A stretch of DNA of 64,000 bases, taken from the NCBI GenBank assembly GCA_964016885.1, contig OZ024740.1, positions 292,020,001 through 292,084,000 of the forward strand, given 5' to 3'. Every line of letters starts with the position of its first letter. The first letter of the stretch is position 1. This document shows positions 12,782-25,786 of the stretch, one piece after another. Made by a program: the position numbers and the translations under genes. The DNA is from Eledone cirrhosa. Its lineage: Eukaryota. The notes beneath the pieces were generated by a model. The model saw nothing but the letters and a program-made list of their open reading frames with translations, was not told where the DNA came from and did no database searches.

Positions 12782-13113
12782 GGAGGCACATGGCTTAGTG
12801 GTTAGAGCATTGGCCTTGCAATCGAAAGGTTGTGAGTTCAATTCTCAGACCGGGTGGTGTGTTGTTTCCTTGCGCACGACACATTATTTCGCATTGCTCC
12901 AGTTTACTCAGCTGTAGAAATGAGATGATAGGGACTGGGGTCCATATCATTCCACTGTAAAGTGGTCGTGGAGGTGCCACGGCAAAAAAGCACCCAGCAC
13001 TCACTGTAAATGAGGTTGGTGTTAGGAAGGGCATTCAGCTGTAGAAATCAAGCCAGAATCGGTTCCCGTCCCACCCTTGCAAGCAGGGAAAAGCGGATGT
13101 AAAATGATGATGA
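12782..13113 (+). mobile_element. tRNA-derived SINE (A/B boxes, CORE-like middle, RTE-type tail)
   Basis: A box TGGCTTAGTGG, B box GAGTTCAATTC; 3' GTTGGTGTTAGGAAGGGCAT...AAAATGATGATG shared with the RTE 3' UTR. Confidence 0.9.
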
Positions 13114-13200
13114 TATATTATATATATTTATTATATACATATATATATTATATATATATATATCATCATTTTACGTCCGCTTTTCCCTGCTTGCTATATA

Positions 13201-13979
13201 TCTGTATATATATAAAATTAAGTATGTGTGTCTGTGTGTCACCTATAGGGGCCTACATCCTATGACCGGTTTTCATGAAACTTTACAGGCTCATAGATTA
13301 GTCATCGGAGAGTGTTTTCTATATATCAGCGTATGGTTTTTTTTTTATTCCGGGGTCATTCTGCAGATAAAAATCGATAGGGGTGGGTCACCTTTTTTTA
13401 GGTATCGAAAAATAAGATTTTTGGCTCTAGCTCCCACATTTTGCCACCAATTTTGTTCAAATTTTAAAGCAAAATAGAATTTATCATTACACAATACGCT
13501 AGATCTGATTATTTCACGTCTTAAAGTGGCTTTACATTTTGGATTTTTTGTTCAGGAACGGCGTGGTAGCCGCTTAAATATTCGAAAATACCACCTTTTC
13601 GCTCAAATTTCCGCCTTTTCGGCTCTAGCTCCCACATTTTTTAAACGATTACGTTCAAATTCGAAACTTCGGCTCCACCTCACACATAAATCAATTTATT
13701 TGGTTCAACTTTTATACTACGATAGAACCTATCAATGCACATTTTATAGTAGCTTTACACTTTGCATTTTTTGTTCAGGGACGGCGTGGCAGCCGTTTAA
13801 CTCTACAATATACAATTTTTTTCACCTCTCACATATTCCACACGATTTCACTCAACATTTCGCCATTTGCTACACCTTACGACCGATTTTCAAGAAACTC
13901 GCAGTCGCTAAGATCAACACAGTTTCATTAAAGCAGATATTATTTTACCTACCCAGGCAACGGTGGGTACTGCTGCTAG
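13201..13979 (+). mobile_element. Non-autonomous Helitron
   Basis: A|TC 5' start, CCGGTTTTCATGAAACTT subterminal motif, 3' hairpin ACCCAGGCAACGGTGGGT followed by CTAG|T. Confidence 0.8.
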
Positions 13980-14052
13980 TATATATATAAGCTTCGATTT
14001 TACTAAGCTTCCACTTATATATATATATATATAAAATATGTATAGATAATAT

Positions 14053-15640
14053 ATCATCATTTTACATCCGCTTTTCCTTGCTTGCAAGGAAAAGCGGATG
14101 TGGTCCTATTCAGCACAGCATCTCTCCAGTTGTCACGGTCCTTCGTCATCTCCACTGTGAGCTTCAGCGATCTGAGGTCTGCTCTCACCACCTCCGCCAA
14201 TGTTTTTCGTGGTCTACCTCTACCACGTCTTCCTTCAACTGGCATTTCTTGGCACTTCTTCACCCATCGGTCATCCTCCATGCGCATCACATGTCCATAC
14301 CATCGCAGTCTCCTCTACCGCACACAACAATTTATCCCTCTCAGACACAGTTTCTTTGTCAACACATCCATGCTGGGTTGTTCACGCACATTGACACTGC
14401 ACATCCAACGGAGCATGCTTGCCTCATCTCTCTCCAGCCGTCACATATCCTCTGCAGTTGCTGCCCATGTCTTACTACCATGCAGCATTGCGCATCTCAC
14501 ACAAGCATCATATAACCGGCCTTTCGTACGCAGGGAGAAACCCTTCATCAGCAGAGGAAGCAGCTCCCTAAACTTCTTCCAACCCGTCCTTATTCTAGAT
14601 ACTATGGCCTTGCACCCCCCCCCCCCATGCTAATCTGATCACCTAGGTACCGGAAGCTATCAACCACTTCTATAGCACCCATCTGCATTTGAAAAATGTG
14701 TCTATCAATGCGACTTCTATTGTCAAATTTCCCTGTACATCTACTGCATACGTATTTCTCCCTACCTGTTAGTTTGCCTGCTATCCCACTACATCTCTTG
14801 TGTACCCAAGATCTGCATTGTGTACATTTTATAGAATTTATGCCAGTTCCTTTTCTGCATATCGAACATGGCCATTTCCCTGACGGAATCAGAGTTTTGT
14901 CCTCTTTTCTACTCATCAACACTTTTGTCTTAGCTAGGTTCACTCTCAGTTTTCTTGATTCCAACTGCTGTTTCCATAGCCAGAATCTATTCTCCAGCTC
15001 CTCTACTGATTCTGCTATTAGAACCAGATCGTCAGCATAGAGAAGTTCCCATGGACACCCAGTCTTAAACTCCTCCGTTATGGCTTGGAGGACTATAATG
15101 AACAAGAGCGGGCTGAGGACCGAACCCTGATGTACTCTTACTTGTATTTGGAATTCCTCACTAAACTCCATTCCTACCCTCACTTTACAGACAGCACCTC
15201 TGTACAAAGCTTGCACTGTCCTCACAAGCCATTCCTCAACACCCAGCTTCCTAAGGGACCACCAGATGACAGATCGGGGTGCCCTATCAGAAGCCTTCTC
15301 TAGGTCAAAAAAAGCTAAGTATAGTGGCTTATTCTTCTCTAAGAACCTCTCTTGTAATTGTCTCACTAAAAAGAGAGCATCCATTGTACTTTTCCCAGGC
15401 ACAAAACCTCTGAGAGTGCCAACATTAAGTGTGCAACTCTGAGATGCGACGTGTTCATATTCTTGTTCCTGTAGTGCGATTTCTTGATGACGGTCGAGGG
15501 GTTCTCGCACATGGCTGCACCAGCCACCCCACTACCATGCACGGCCCTAACATGGTTAGTGTTATTGCTGTTGATGCAGTTGTTGCAATTCTTATTTGTT
15601 GTGCTCATAATTGTGGCATTTATTATACTGGTTGGATGCC
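14053..15640 (-). mobile_element. RTE-clade LINE, second subfamily, internally deleted
   Basis: ORF 14602-15510 joins the APE start (CTLNVGTLRG) directly to RT (FVPGKSTMDA, HQGSVLSP, LLYADDL, PHD-like Cys cluster); C-terminus GRGRPRKT; short TGA tail. Confidence 0.9.
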
Positions 15641-15652
15641 CTTCCAGCACCA

Positions 15653-15915
15653 CTTTACAGCATGGACTGGGTGCTTTTATTTGTGTCACCAGCACTAGGG
15701 AGGTTGTCTGACTGTACTCAGAGGACCTCTCTACCCCTCCATTTTACAGCATGGACTAGGTGCTTTTATTCAAGCCACCAGCACTAGAGAGGTCGTCTGA
15801 CTGGACTCAGGGGCCGTAACCACCCCTCCATTTTTACAGCATGGACTGGGTGCTTTTATTCATGCCACCAGCACTAGGGATGTGTCTTACTGGACTTACG
15901 GGACTTCTCTACCCC
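15653..15915. repeat. About 90-bp tandem repeat, 3 diverged copies
   Basis: Recurrent TTTACAGCATGGACTRGGTGCTTTTATT...CACCAGCACTAG. Confidence 0.75.
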
Positions 15916-16119
15916 ACATCAATTTATTCGGAATGGTAGCTCTCCTAGACGAGTTGCCTACATTACGGCTTATATATATAATATATACATATATATATGT
16001 ATATATTATATATATCTCCCCGCTACAAGTCTTAACACCCCAGCGGGCAGGCGCTGCAAAATAACACCCTGGAAACAATCCTTGCATACCAGACCCAGCC
16101 TCAGACAAACAGATGTGGC

Positions 16120-16150
<31 letters not shown>

Positions 16151-16303
16151 TCCGGGAAAGACTGCCCTAACACCGGCCGGAGTTACCTCCCTTGACCTGC
16201 TGCAAAATCAACACAAGCTATTTTTGCGAGCAATGAGCCTTGATGTGGATTTAACCCCCAAAACTCTTTCCGAGCAATATAAGGAACACTTGTGATTATT
16301 TAT

Positions 16304-16343
16304 GCCCTTGAGAAGCCCAACTGGGCGAAACGTACGTAGGTGC
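16304..16343 (+). ncRNA. Type I hammerhead ribozyme candidate, U3-A8 core variant, in a solo pLTR-like unit (about 16015-16563)
   Basis: GCCC-TTGAGAA-GCCC AACT GGGC-GAAA-CGTACG-TA-GGTGC, then AATAAA at 16351; same fold as 11538-11579 with a different loop II. Confidence 0.7.
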
Positions 16344-16560
16344 TGTTTTAAATAAACATGTTTTAACGGTCTATCCTCCGATTTTTTTACTTTCCCACGT
16401 GCTTAGGCTCTGCTAACTCTCTAGCCCTCTAAATATTAACACTTCGAATATTTAATACTGGCGGCACTAGTATCGAGCACCTTTGGCATACGCTACTTGG
16501 CAAATAACTATATGTATCACCTATGATCCCCTTTTTTTTCTCTTTCTCGATACATAAATA

Positions 16561-16604
<44 letters not shown>

Positions 16605-16605
16605 T

Positions 16606-19600
16606 ATCATCATCATCAACGTTTAACGTCCGTTTTCCACGCTTGCATGGGTTTGGACGGGGGTTTTCCCACTTGAGGCAAGAGTGTTTGTCTTGCTCGC
16701 ATAGGACTATCTGGCGGGTTTTCTACAGCTGGATGCCCTTCCTAACACCAACCACATTTACAGTGTGGGGCTGGGAGGTTTTTACCGTGTTGCCTACACA
16801 GCCACATTACAGCATGGACTGTCTGGCAGGTTTTCTACAGCTGGATGCCCTTCCTAACACCAACCACATTTACAGTGTGGGGCTGGGAGGTTTTTACCGT
16901 GTTGCCTACACGACCACATTACAGCGTGGACTGTGTTTTTTTGTCGTGACACCTACATGATCTCATTTGTTTCGGCCTGGAGGTCAGAATTTATCAGCTC
17001 CTCCCAGGTTTTTCTGGGTCTGCCTATTCCGTGGCTACCGTCTATCTTTATTGCCCTGCACTTTGTTATACAGCTATCGTCTTTCATGCGCATCACGTGA
17101 CCATACCAACGTAGCCTTCTCTCGAGTAAACATCTGATCCCTCTTATTTCTAATTTTTTCCTTAGTTCGTTTATGCTTTGCCGTTCATGTATATTACTAT
17201 TACACATCCAGCGGAGCATGCAAGCTTCGTTCCTCTCTAGTCTGCGTATATCCTCTGCACACAATGCCCAGGTCTCACTGCCATGCAACATTGCTGTTCG
17301 TATGCAGGCATCATACACCCTGCCTTTCATTTTTAGGGAGAACGCTTTAGCGGCTAATAGTGGTATAAGCTCTCTGAACTTTTTCCATCCAGTTCTGATT
17401 CTAGCAACTGTACTTTCAGAGCACCCTCCCCCACTGCTGATTTTGTCACCCAGGTAACGGAAGCTGTCCACTATTTCTATAGAGCCCTCTGTGCAGTTGA
17501 AAGAGCTAGTATTTTGTGAGCACTTGCTGCTACTTATTGCACCAGAGCACCGGCCACATGTAAAATCTATGTTCTTAGTTAGCTTACCTGTGATCCCACT
17601 ACATCTTTTATGCACCCATACTTTGCATTTGGGACACAAAATGGAGTTTCTACCTACGCCCTTCCTACACACTGAGCATGGCCACTTCCCGGAAGGGACC
17701 GCCGCCTTATTTTCTTTCCTACAGACTAGAACTTTGGTCTTAGCCAGGTTAATTTTAAGGCCTTTTGATTCTAGGCCGTGCTTCCATGTTTGGAATTTCT
17801 TCTCTAGCTCGGCCATTGATTCAGCTAGGAGTGTTAGGTCATCTGCGTATAGGAGTTCCCATGGGCAGCCGGTTTTGAACTCCTCTGTTATAGCCTGAAG
17901 GGCAATAATAAATAGTAGGGGGCTGAGAACAGAGCCCTGATGGACGCCAACTTTTACGCTAAACTCTTCAATATATTCGTTGTTAATTCTAACCTTGCTG
18001 ACTGTTTCTTTATACATGGCTTGTATAGCTCTCACAAGCCATTCGTCAACACCTAGTTTTCTAAGAGCCCACCAGATAATGGAACGGGGGACTCTGTCGA
18101 AGGCTTTCTCCAAGTTGACAAAAGCTAAGTATAGGGGTTTACTTTTAGCTAGGTACTGCTCCTGTAGTTGTCGTACAATGAAAAGAGCGGCTGTGGTACT
18201 TTTGCCTGACACAAACCCAAACTGCATTTCATCTAGATCAATTCTCTCTCTGATTAGTTGCGCTATTACTTTTTCCGTGACCTTCATGACCTGGTCGATT
18301 AATTTAATGCCTCTATAGTTACTCCTATCTAGGGCGTCTCCTTTACCCTTATAACAGTTAACGATGATGCTGCTACGCCAGTCCTTCGGAACAACCCCAT
18401 TCTGTACGACTTGGTTAACTATCCGGGTGACCATGGTGTGTCCCACCGTACCAGATGCCTTCAGCATCTCAGCAACTATTTCCGAAGGCCCAGCCGCCTT
18501 ACCCGTCTTCATATCCTTGATTGCCTTACTTATTATACTACCCTCGACTAACACTGCTGGTCCCTCTATTGGGTCGATGTGGGGGAGACTGTCTTTCTCC
18601 CATTTATTCTCCTCATTTAGTAGCCTTTCATAGTGACACTTCCAAGCTACCTTCTTATCAGCGTCGGTGATGGCAAGTACGCCATCATCATTAAGTACAC
18701 ACTTCTCCCCGACAATATCACGGTTTTCCTTGACACATTGCCTAACAATTCTGAACACCTCGCGTTTTTGGTCCTCGCATTGTAGAACATGCTTGAACTT
18801 TCTTTCCTCTGCTTCCCTTCTTGCGAAGTACACTTGTCTCCTAGCTTCCCTCCTGGCCACTTGATAGTCTTCGCTACTTCCCCCCATCCCGCCATACTTT
18901 CCAAGCCTGCTTTTTGGCCTTAATTGACCCCTCCACCTTACTGTTCCACCACCATGTTACTCTCCTCCTGCCTACAGGCCTGCTCAAGCCACAGACTTCG
19001 TCTGCCGCCATCAGCAGGTTTGCTCCTCTATATTGTACGACTCTAATTGCTCTTCCTTACTGTCGAAAGCATCAAGTAGTATGCTTTTAAATTTATTTCT
19101 GGCTGTGGGGTCCTTTAGCTTCCATATTTTTCTCCTGAGGATAGTCCTCTTCTGTTGTCTAGTACGTCTCGTCCTGACTATTAGGTCGCTAATTATCAGT
19201 CTATGTTGGGAGGTGCATTCTTCATGGGGGAGGGATTTAGTGTTTACAACAGACACTCTGTCACGTCTTCTGGTAAGGATATAATCTACCTGGCTTGTGT
19301 GTTCCCCCGATCTATAGGTGATCAGGTGATTGTCACGTTTTTTGAAGTTAGTGTTACAGATAGTTAGGTTATTTGCGTCACAGAATTCCAGGATTCTGGA
19401 GCCTTCCTCATTTCTAGTACCAAACCCATAACCTCCATGGATTTCTTCGTAGCCGTCACAATGTTGTCCAACGTGACCATTTAGGTCGCCTGCAATAATT
19501 ATATAGTCACTGTCGGTTATTTGGGAGGTAGTGAGCATCAGTGTCTCATAGAATCTGTCTTTTATAGTGCCGGGCAGTCCGGATTGGGGTGCGTACGCAG

Positions 19601-20346
19601 ATATTGAGTAGTTCTATTGAAGACAAGTCTTATTTTAATTATTCTGTCGTTCACTCTATTTACGACTATTATCTTATCTGCCCACTTTTCTGCTACCATG
19701 ATTCCTACTCCACCCAGCCCATTGTCATTTCCCACCCAGAAAAGCTTATAGCATCGTTTTTTACCCTCAATGAATCTAGCAGACCCACCCCTCCACCTGG
19801 TCTCTTGAATACAACAAACATCGACCTCCTTACGTTCGAGCATTTCTACAACCTCGTTAGAGCGACCCTTTCAGGTGCCTACATTCATGGTACCAACTCT
19901 GAAGTTTTGGATTGCGTTTGGAGGGTGGGAGCGGTGGGGAGCGGGGGGAGATGGGGTTATGTTAGCCATCCGCGGCCGAAACAAAGAGGAGTGCTCGCAT
20001 TCTCGTCCACGAGGTGAATTTGTCTTTATCTTTGGCATTGTCGCTGAGCGTCCAGATTTTTCTCTCTTCCACTCTCCAGAATTCCGTAGTCCTTCCATCC
20101 ATCATATCGAAAGGCAACCAGGTAAGCGATAGTATAGGCCTCTGGCTTATGATTGGTCCACGTAATAATAATGGTGGTGCGTGGGGGCGGGCGGGAGGGG
20201 TGTTGAGTTGTGAGCGAGAAGGTAAGGTTTGAATAAGATCCTCGTATTTAACAAGCGATAACAAAAAATACAAGATTTGTTTTGGAAAATACGACAAAAC
20301 TACAGGAGGATTTGTTTTGGAAATACGATAGAGTAGCGAGGCAAGA
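16606..20346 (-). mobile_element. RTE-clade LINE, best-preserved near-full-length copy
   Basis: Consecutive ORF pieces 19871-20098, 19562-19843 and 19011-19538 (APE: GDLNGH, QVDYIL) and 16953-18887 (RT); (TGA)n tail; abuts a large (TA)n. Confidence 0.95.
16953..18887 (-). pseudogene. RTE ORF remnant, 644 aa: RT domain with PHD-finger-like insert
   Basis: NYRGIKL, QFGF, LEKAFDRV, GVHQGSVLSPLLF, LLYADDL, C4HC3 cluster, FRYLG; detached from the APE part by frameshifts and stops. Confidence 0.9.
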
Positions 20347-20348
20347 TT

Positions 20349-20510
20349 TATATATATATATATTATATTTATATATATATATTATATTTATATATATATA
20401 TTATATTTATATATATATATTATATTTATATATATATATTATATTTATATATATATATTATATTTATATATATATATTATTTATATATATATATATATTA
20501 TATTTATATA

Positions 20511-20556
<46 letters not shown>

Positions 20557-20623
20557 TATATATGTATTATATATATAATATAATATATATATATATATAT
20601 ATATATAATATTTATATATGTAT

Positions 20624-20655
<32 letters not shown>

Positions 20656-20667
20656 TATATTTATATA

Positions 20668-20713
<46 letters not shown>

Positions 20714-20777
20714 TATATATGTATTATATATATAATATAATATATATATATATATATATATATAATATTTATATATG

Positions 20778-20821
<44 letters not shown>

Positions 20822-21421
20822 TATATATGTATTATATATATATATATTATATATATATATATATATATGTATTATATATATATATATATATATATATGTA
20901 TTATATATATATATATGTATTATATATATATATATGTATTATATATATATATATGTATTATATATATATATATATTATATTTATATATATATTATATTTA
21001 TATATATATATTATATTTATATATATATATTATATATATATATATATTATATATATACATATATATGTATTATATATATATATGTATTATATATATATAT
21101 GTATTATATATATATATGTATTATATATATATGTATTATATATATATATATTATATATATATATATATATATGTATTATATATATAATATATTATATATA
21201 TATATATATATGTATTATATATATAATATAATATATATATATATTATATATATATATATATATGTATTATATATATAATATAATATATATATATATTATA
21301 TATATATATATATATGTATTATATATATAATATAATATATATATATATTATATATATATATATATATGTATTATATATATAATATAATATATATATATAT
21401 TATATATATATATATATGTAT

Positions 21422-21454
<33 letters not shown>

Positions 21455-21958
21455 AAATATATATTATATATATATATATATGTATTATATATATAATATA
21501 TATATATATAATATATATATATATTATATATATATATATATGTATTATATATATAATATATATATATATATGTATTATATATATAATATATATATATATA
21601 TATGTATAATATATATATATATTATATATATATATATATGTATTATATATATATTATATATATATATATATGTATTATATATATAATATATATATATATA
21701 TATGTATTATATATATATATATATAATATATATATATATTATATATATATATATATGTATTATATATATAATATATATATATATATGTATTATATATATA
21801 TATATATAATATATATATGTATTATATATATATATATATAATATATATATGTATTATATATATATATATATAATATATATATATTATATATATATATATG
21901 TATTATATATATAATATATATATATATATGTATTATATATATATATATATAATATATA

Positions 21959-21996
<38 letters not shown>

Positions 21997-22225
21997 TATA
22001 TATTATATATATATATATATGTATTATATATATAATATATATATGTATTATATATATATATATATATAATATATATATATATTATATATATATATATATG
22101 TATTATATATATAATATATATATATATTATATATATATATATATGTATTATATATATAATATATATATGTATTATATATATATATATATAATATATATAT
22201 ATATTATATATATATATATATGTAT

Positions 22226-22272
<47 letters not shown>
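20349..22272. repeat. About 1.9-kb compound (TA)n microsatellite
   Basis: TA runs punctuated by TGTAT/TAA/TTT variants. Confidence 0.98.
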
Positions 22273-22273
<1 letters not shown>

Positions 22274-22609
22274 CATCATATCCCATAGTTATTCATATCA
22301 TATCTCTATCTAAGAGGAAGATATTACATATACTGGCATGTATTAGTTGATTGGTTCATTGTATGCAATATTGGAATAACCCAGTGTGGAAAAGATGTCA
22401 GAACAAGTTGGATGGTGGTAGACAGAATGGTCCGTTGATAAAATATTTAGTAGTATATACTTCTTAGATTAATCAGTATTATCAGTTTTAATTTTATTCA
22501 CAATATTCATACATTAAATATTTATTCCGTCTTTTAATATTTATTTTAAAATATTTCTTATCTGACACCATTCAAATAATTTTCCCACCATTTTTTGTCC
22601 TTTATAAAG

Positions 22610-22660
22610 GGAATGGTTGGATCAAGATAACTCGAAGTTGTGCCAGCAGAACATATGATG
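22610..22660 (+). CDS. Internal exon of Ly6/uPAR three-finger (boudin/quiver-like) gene
   Basis: Pyrimidine tract plus AAG acceptor, GTATGT donor, phase 1-1; encodes NGWIKITRSCASRTYD(G), in frame with the exon at 25787. Confidence 0.75.
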
Positions 22661-23159
22661 GTATGTTATTTTACATTATTTCATCTATCTATAATATTTC
22701 TAAATTAAGTATTTCTTCATTGACCCTGCAAGGCTGATAATATTAATTCTTATAATGTGTGTATCTTGGTTTTTAGAATAGGTATATCATATCCCTGCAT
22801 ATTGTAAGAGGTGACTAAAAAGGCTGACATTTCGAAGGGAATCCAGCTGTAAGAAATTGTCCCAAATGTACTCAACCCACTCTATAAAGTGGTAGTGTTA
22901 GATCCACAATAAAATGTACCCCATATATGTAGTAATGTGGTTGGCATTCGGAAGGGCATCCAGCTGCAGAAACCATGTCGAAATGAAAATGTATGAGTAG
23001 GTCATAATCATACAACCTGATTGTGACAGCCAGCCCAACCCAATCTATGCCAGCTTGGAATATAAAATTTAGATGAGGAAGAAATATGTTGCTAAATTGT
23101 TCTCTTTTAGTAAGAGCTCATTAGTAACTCCTCCTCCTTATTGAAACTCTAAGTATTAT

Positions 23160-23990
23160 TATTAACCAATATAGTGTTCATGTAAATATAATATCGCTGT
23201 AATATAGTGTTAATGTAAATAAAACATTACCAATATAGTGTTAATATAAATAAAATATTAACCAATATAGTGTTAATATAAATAAAATATTAACCAATAT
23301 AGTGTTAATGTAAATATAATATAAACCAATATAGTGTTAATATAAATAAAATATTAACCAATATAGTGTTAATATAAATAAAATATTAACCAATATAGTG
23401 TTAATATAAATAAAATATTAACCAATATAGTGTTAATATAAATAAAATATTAACCAATATAGTGTTAATATAAATAAAATATTAACCAATATAGTGTTAA
23501 TGTAAACATATTATTAACCAATATAGTGTTAATGTAAACATATTATTAACCAATATAGTGTTAATGTAAATATATTATTAACCAATATAGTGTTAATGTA
23601 AATATATTATTAACCAATATAGTGTTAATGTAAATATATTATTAACCAATATAAATAAAATATTAACCAATATAGTGTTAATGTAAATATATTATTAACC
23701 AATATAGTGTTAATGTAAATATATTATTAACCAATATAGTGTTAATGTAAATATATTATTAACCAATATAGTGTTGATGTAAATAAAATATTAACCAATA
23801 TAGTGTTAATGTAAACATATTATTAACCAATATAGTGTTAATGTAAATATATTATTAACCAATATAGTGTTAATGTAAACATTATTAACCAATATAGTGT
23901 TGATGTAAATAAAATATTAACCAATATAGTGTTAATATAAATACAATATTAACCTAGATAGTGTTGATGTAAATACAATATTACTGTAAT
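23160..23990. repeat. 30-bp AT-rich minisatellite, about 27 copies (intronic)
   Basis: Unit ATTAACCAATATAGTGTTAATRTAAAYAWAWT-like. Confidence 0.95.
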
Positions 23991-24254
23991 ATCACAAGAT
24001 CAACTTAAGTTATATTCTGGAATCTAAAATAGTCAATAATTGAAGGTTGTGTAGATTCAGATTACTTTGCATTGGATTAAATGCCTGTAGTGCTAGTTCC
24101 AGCCTTTTACAGTCTGAGCACTGATTGTGCCATGATCAATTTTGTCCTCCATTATTGGTGTATTGATAAAATCAAGTACCAGCCAAACACTGGGATTGAC
24201 TTAATATTTAAATAAAACATCCTAAATGTGAATAGAATTCTAATAATAGGTTAA

Positions 24255-24462
24255 CCCTTTAGCATTTAAACTAGCCGTATCTGGCCAGAATTCTCTCAGC
24301 TCTTTCTGTTCAAACTGGCTGTAACTGGCCGCTCAGACTTATGTCTTATATCTCATAGATATGACTTATGACTTATAGATCCAATATTATGTGAGATAAT
24401 TATGTGAAATAAAGTGTTTACCATGAAAATATAATAGTAAATATAATGTAAATGCTAAAGGG
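24255..24462. mobile_element. piggyBac-type MITE
   Basis: TTAA|CCCTTTAGCATTTA...TAAATGCTAAAGGG|TTAT; related to 31771-31960 and 32567-32777. Confidence 0.8.
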
Positions 24463-25104
24463 TTATGGCTACATCCCAGAGTCTTATAAAACCATGGAAT
24501 ATATAATATATAGTTCTGGTAGATTTAAGAGAGATGTTAGCAAATTGAAACTTTATCAAAAGCTGTTGTATTGAATGTTCAATATATTATATTCACTTGC
24601 GGATAATTTAGGTGAAAGGTCTTGGTTTTTTATAATTCCATTCACATCTGAGGTGCTTTATAGAAATATTAAATTGACCTCACTAATTTGATTGATGCTT
24701 TATCAACTGCAAAGGCAAAGTGGACCATTGAAGGATTTGAACTCAGAATATAAAAAGCTATCACTAAATACCACTGATAATTCTGCTAATTTAACATATT
24801 AGTGCAATATTCATTAAGATAAACATTCTAAATCAATATAGGAAAGAAAAACTCAACTAAGTATTCTTCTGTACCAATTATTTTTGCAATATATGACTGG
24901 TGTCAGTTGCTAAATGCATTTTGTGTATTTTGTCGAATGAAAGAAATCCAAGATGAATGGTTTCAAGATGAGGTATAAAGGGAGAAATTAAACCAAAGAT
25001 GACTAGATTAACTGTTTAGAGATGTTTAGCCACCAAGTGAGCCCTAATTAAGCAGGCCTATGGTTGAGACCAGTCTGTGTGTCTTTTAGTCAAACATAAA
25101 GAAA

Positions 25105-25442
25105 AAGTAAAGAACCCTTCGGTTGTGAATGGCCATGGGATTTGCATCTAGAAAGCTCTTCCCCAAGACGCAAGTCCAGGCAAGGTTGTTTGTGGAAGAT
25201 CAGCAGTTGCCCATGCATACCAGCCTCCCCTCTCCATGCCACCAATATTGTCCAAGGGAAAGGCAATGGCCCATACAACTTGGCGCCAGTGATGTCGCAA
25301 TTCATTTCTACAGCTGCGTAAACTGTAGCAACGTGAAATAAAGTGACTTGCTCAAGGATGCAACGCATCATCCAGTCTGAGAATCGAACTCAACCTCATG
25401 ATTGCAAGCCCAATGCTCTAATCACTAAGCCATGTGCCTTCC
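25105..25442 (-). mobile_element. tRNA-derived SINE, second subfamily (different tail)
   Basis: Reverse-complement head GGAAGGCACATGGCTTAGTGATTAGAGCATTGG...GAGTTCGATTCTCAG; CORE-like CCTTGAGCAAGTCACTT. Confidence 0.8.
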
Positions 25443-25786
25443 AACATAAGGTATGAAGGATGAGAGTATATTTAGATCTTCATTTTAAGTTATACCTCTC
25501 AGCAACCTGCCGCCATATCTCTCACTAAATAATGTGCAAAATTTAATGATATCTTCAGATATTTTTAATAAACATATTCTAAAGCTAGATTGGACATTTA
25601 TTCATTGATAATTATCTCCTAATTAAGTTGAACATTTATATCAAAGATTGTAAAGCAATTAAACTTATGAGGGAGATACAAAGTTTTTATCTTCATTGTA
25701 TTAAAATTATTGATAAATGTTTAAAGTAAATATTTTTTCCAAATTGTAAATTCAGAAATTAAAAATATTTGTTTTCTTTTGTTTAG

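Noticed and set aside
12782-12855. tRNA gene
   Set aside because: A and B boxes continue into a SINE body and tail in several copies; no clean cloverleaf.
17173-19284. Plus-strand ORFs overlapping the RTE
   Set aside because: Antisense shadows of the RT/APE frame, recurring in each RTE copy.
20282-22313. Many Y/I-rich ORFs
   Set aside because: Translations of (TA)n; the same applies to C/V/Y/T/H-rich ORFs at 29.5, 45-51, 55 and 58-60 kb.
22300-22440. Possible additional upstream Ly6 exon
   Set aside because: No convincing splice sites or Ly6 N-terminal cysteine pattern.
23160-23990. 30-bp repeat array as a possible CRISPR
   Set aside because: Head-to-tail units with no unique spacers and no cas genes, in a eukaryotic intron.
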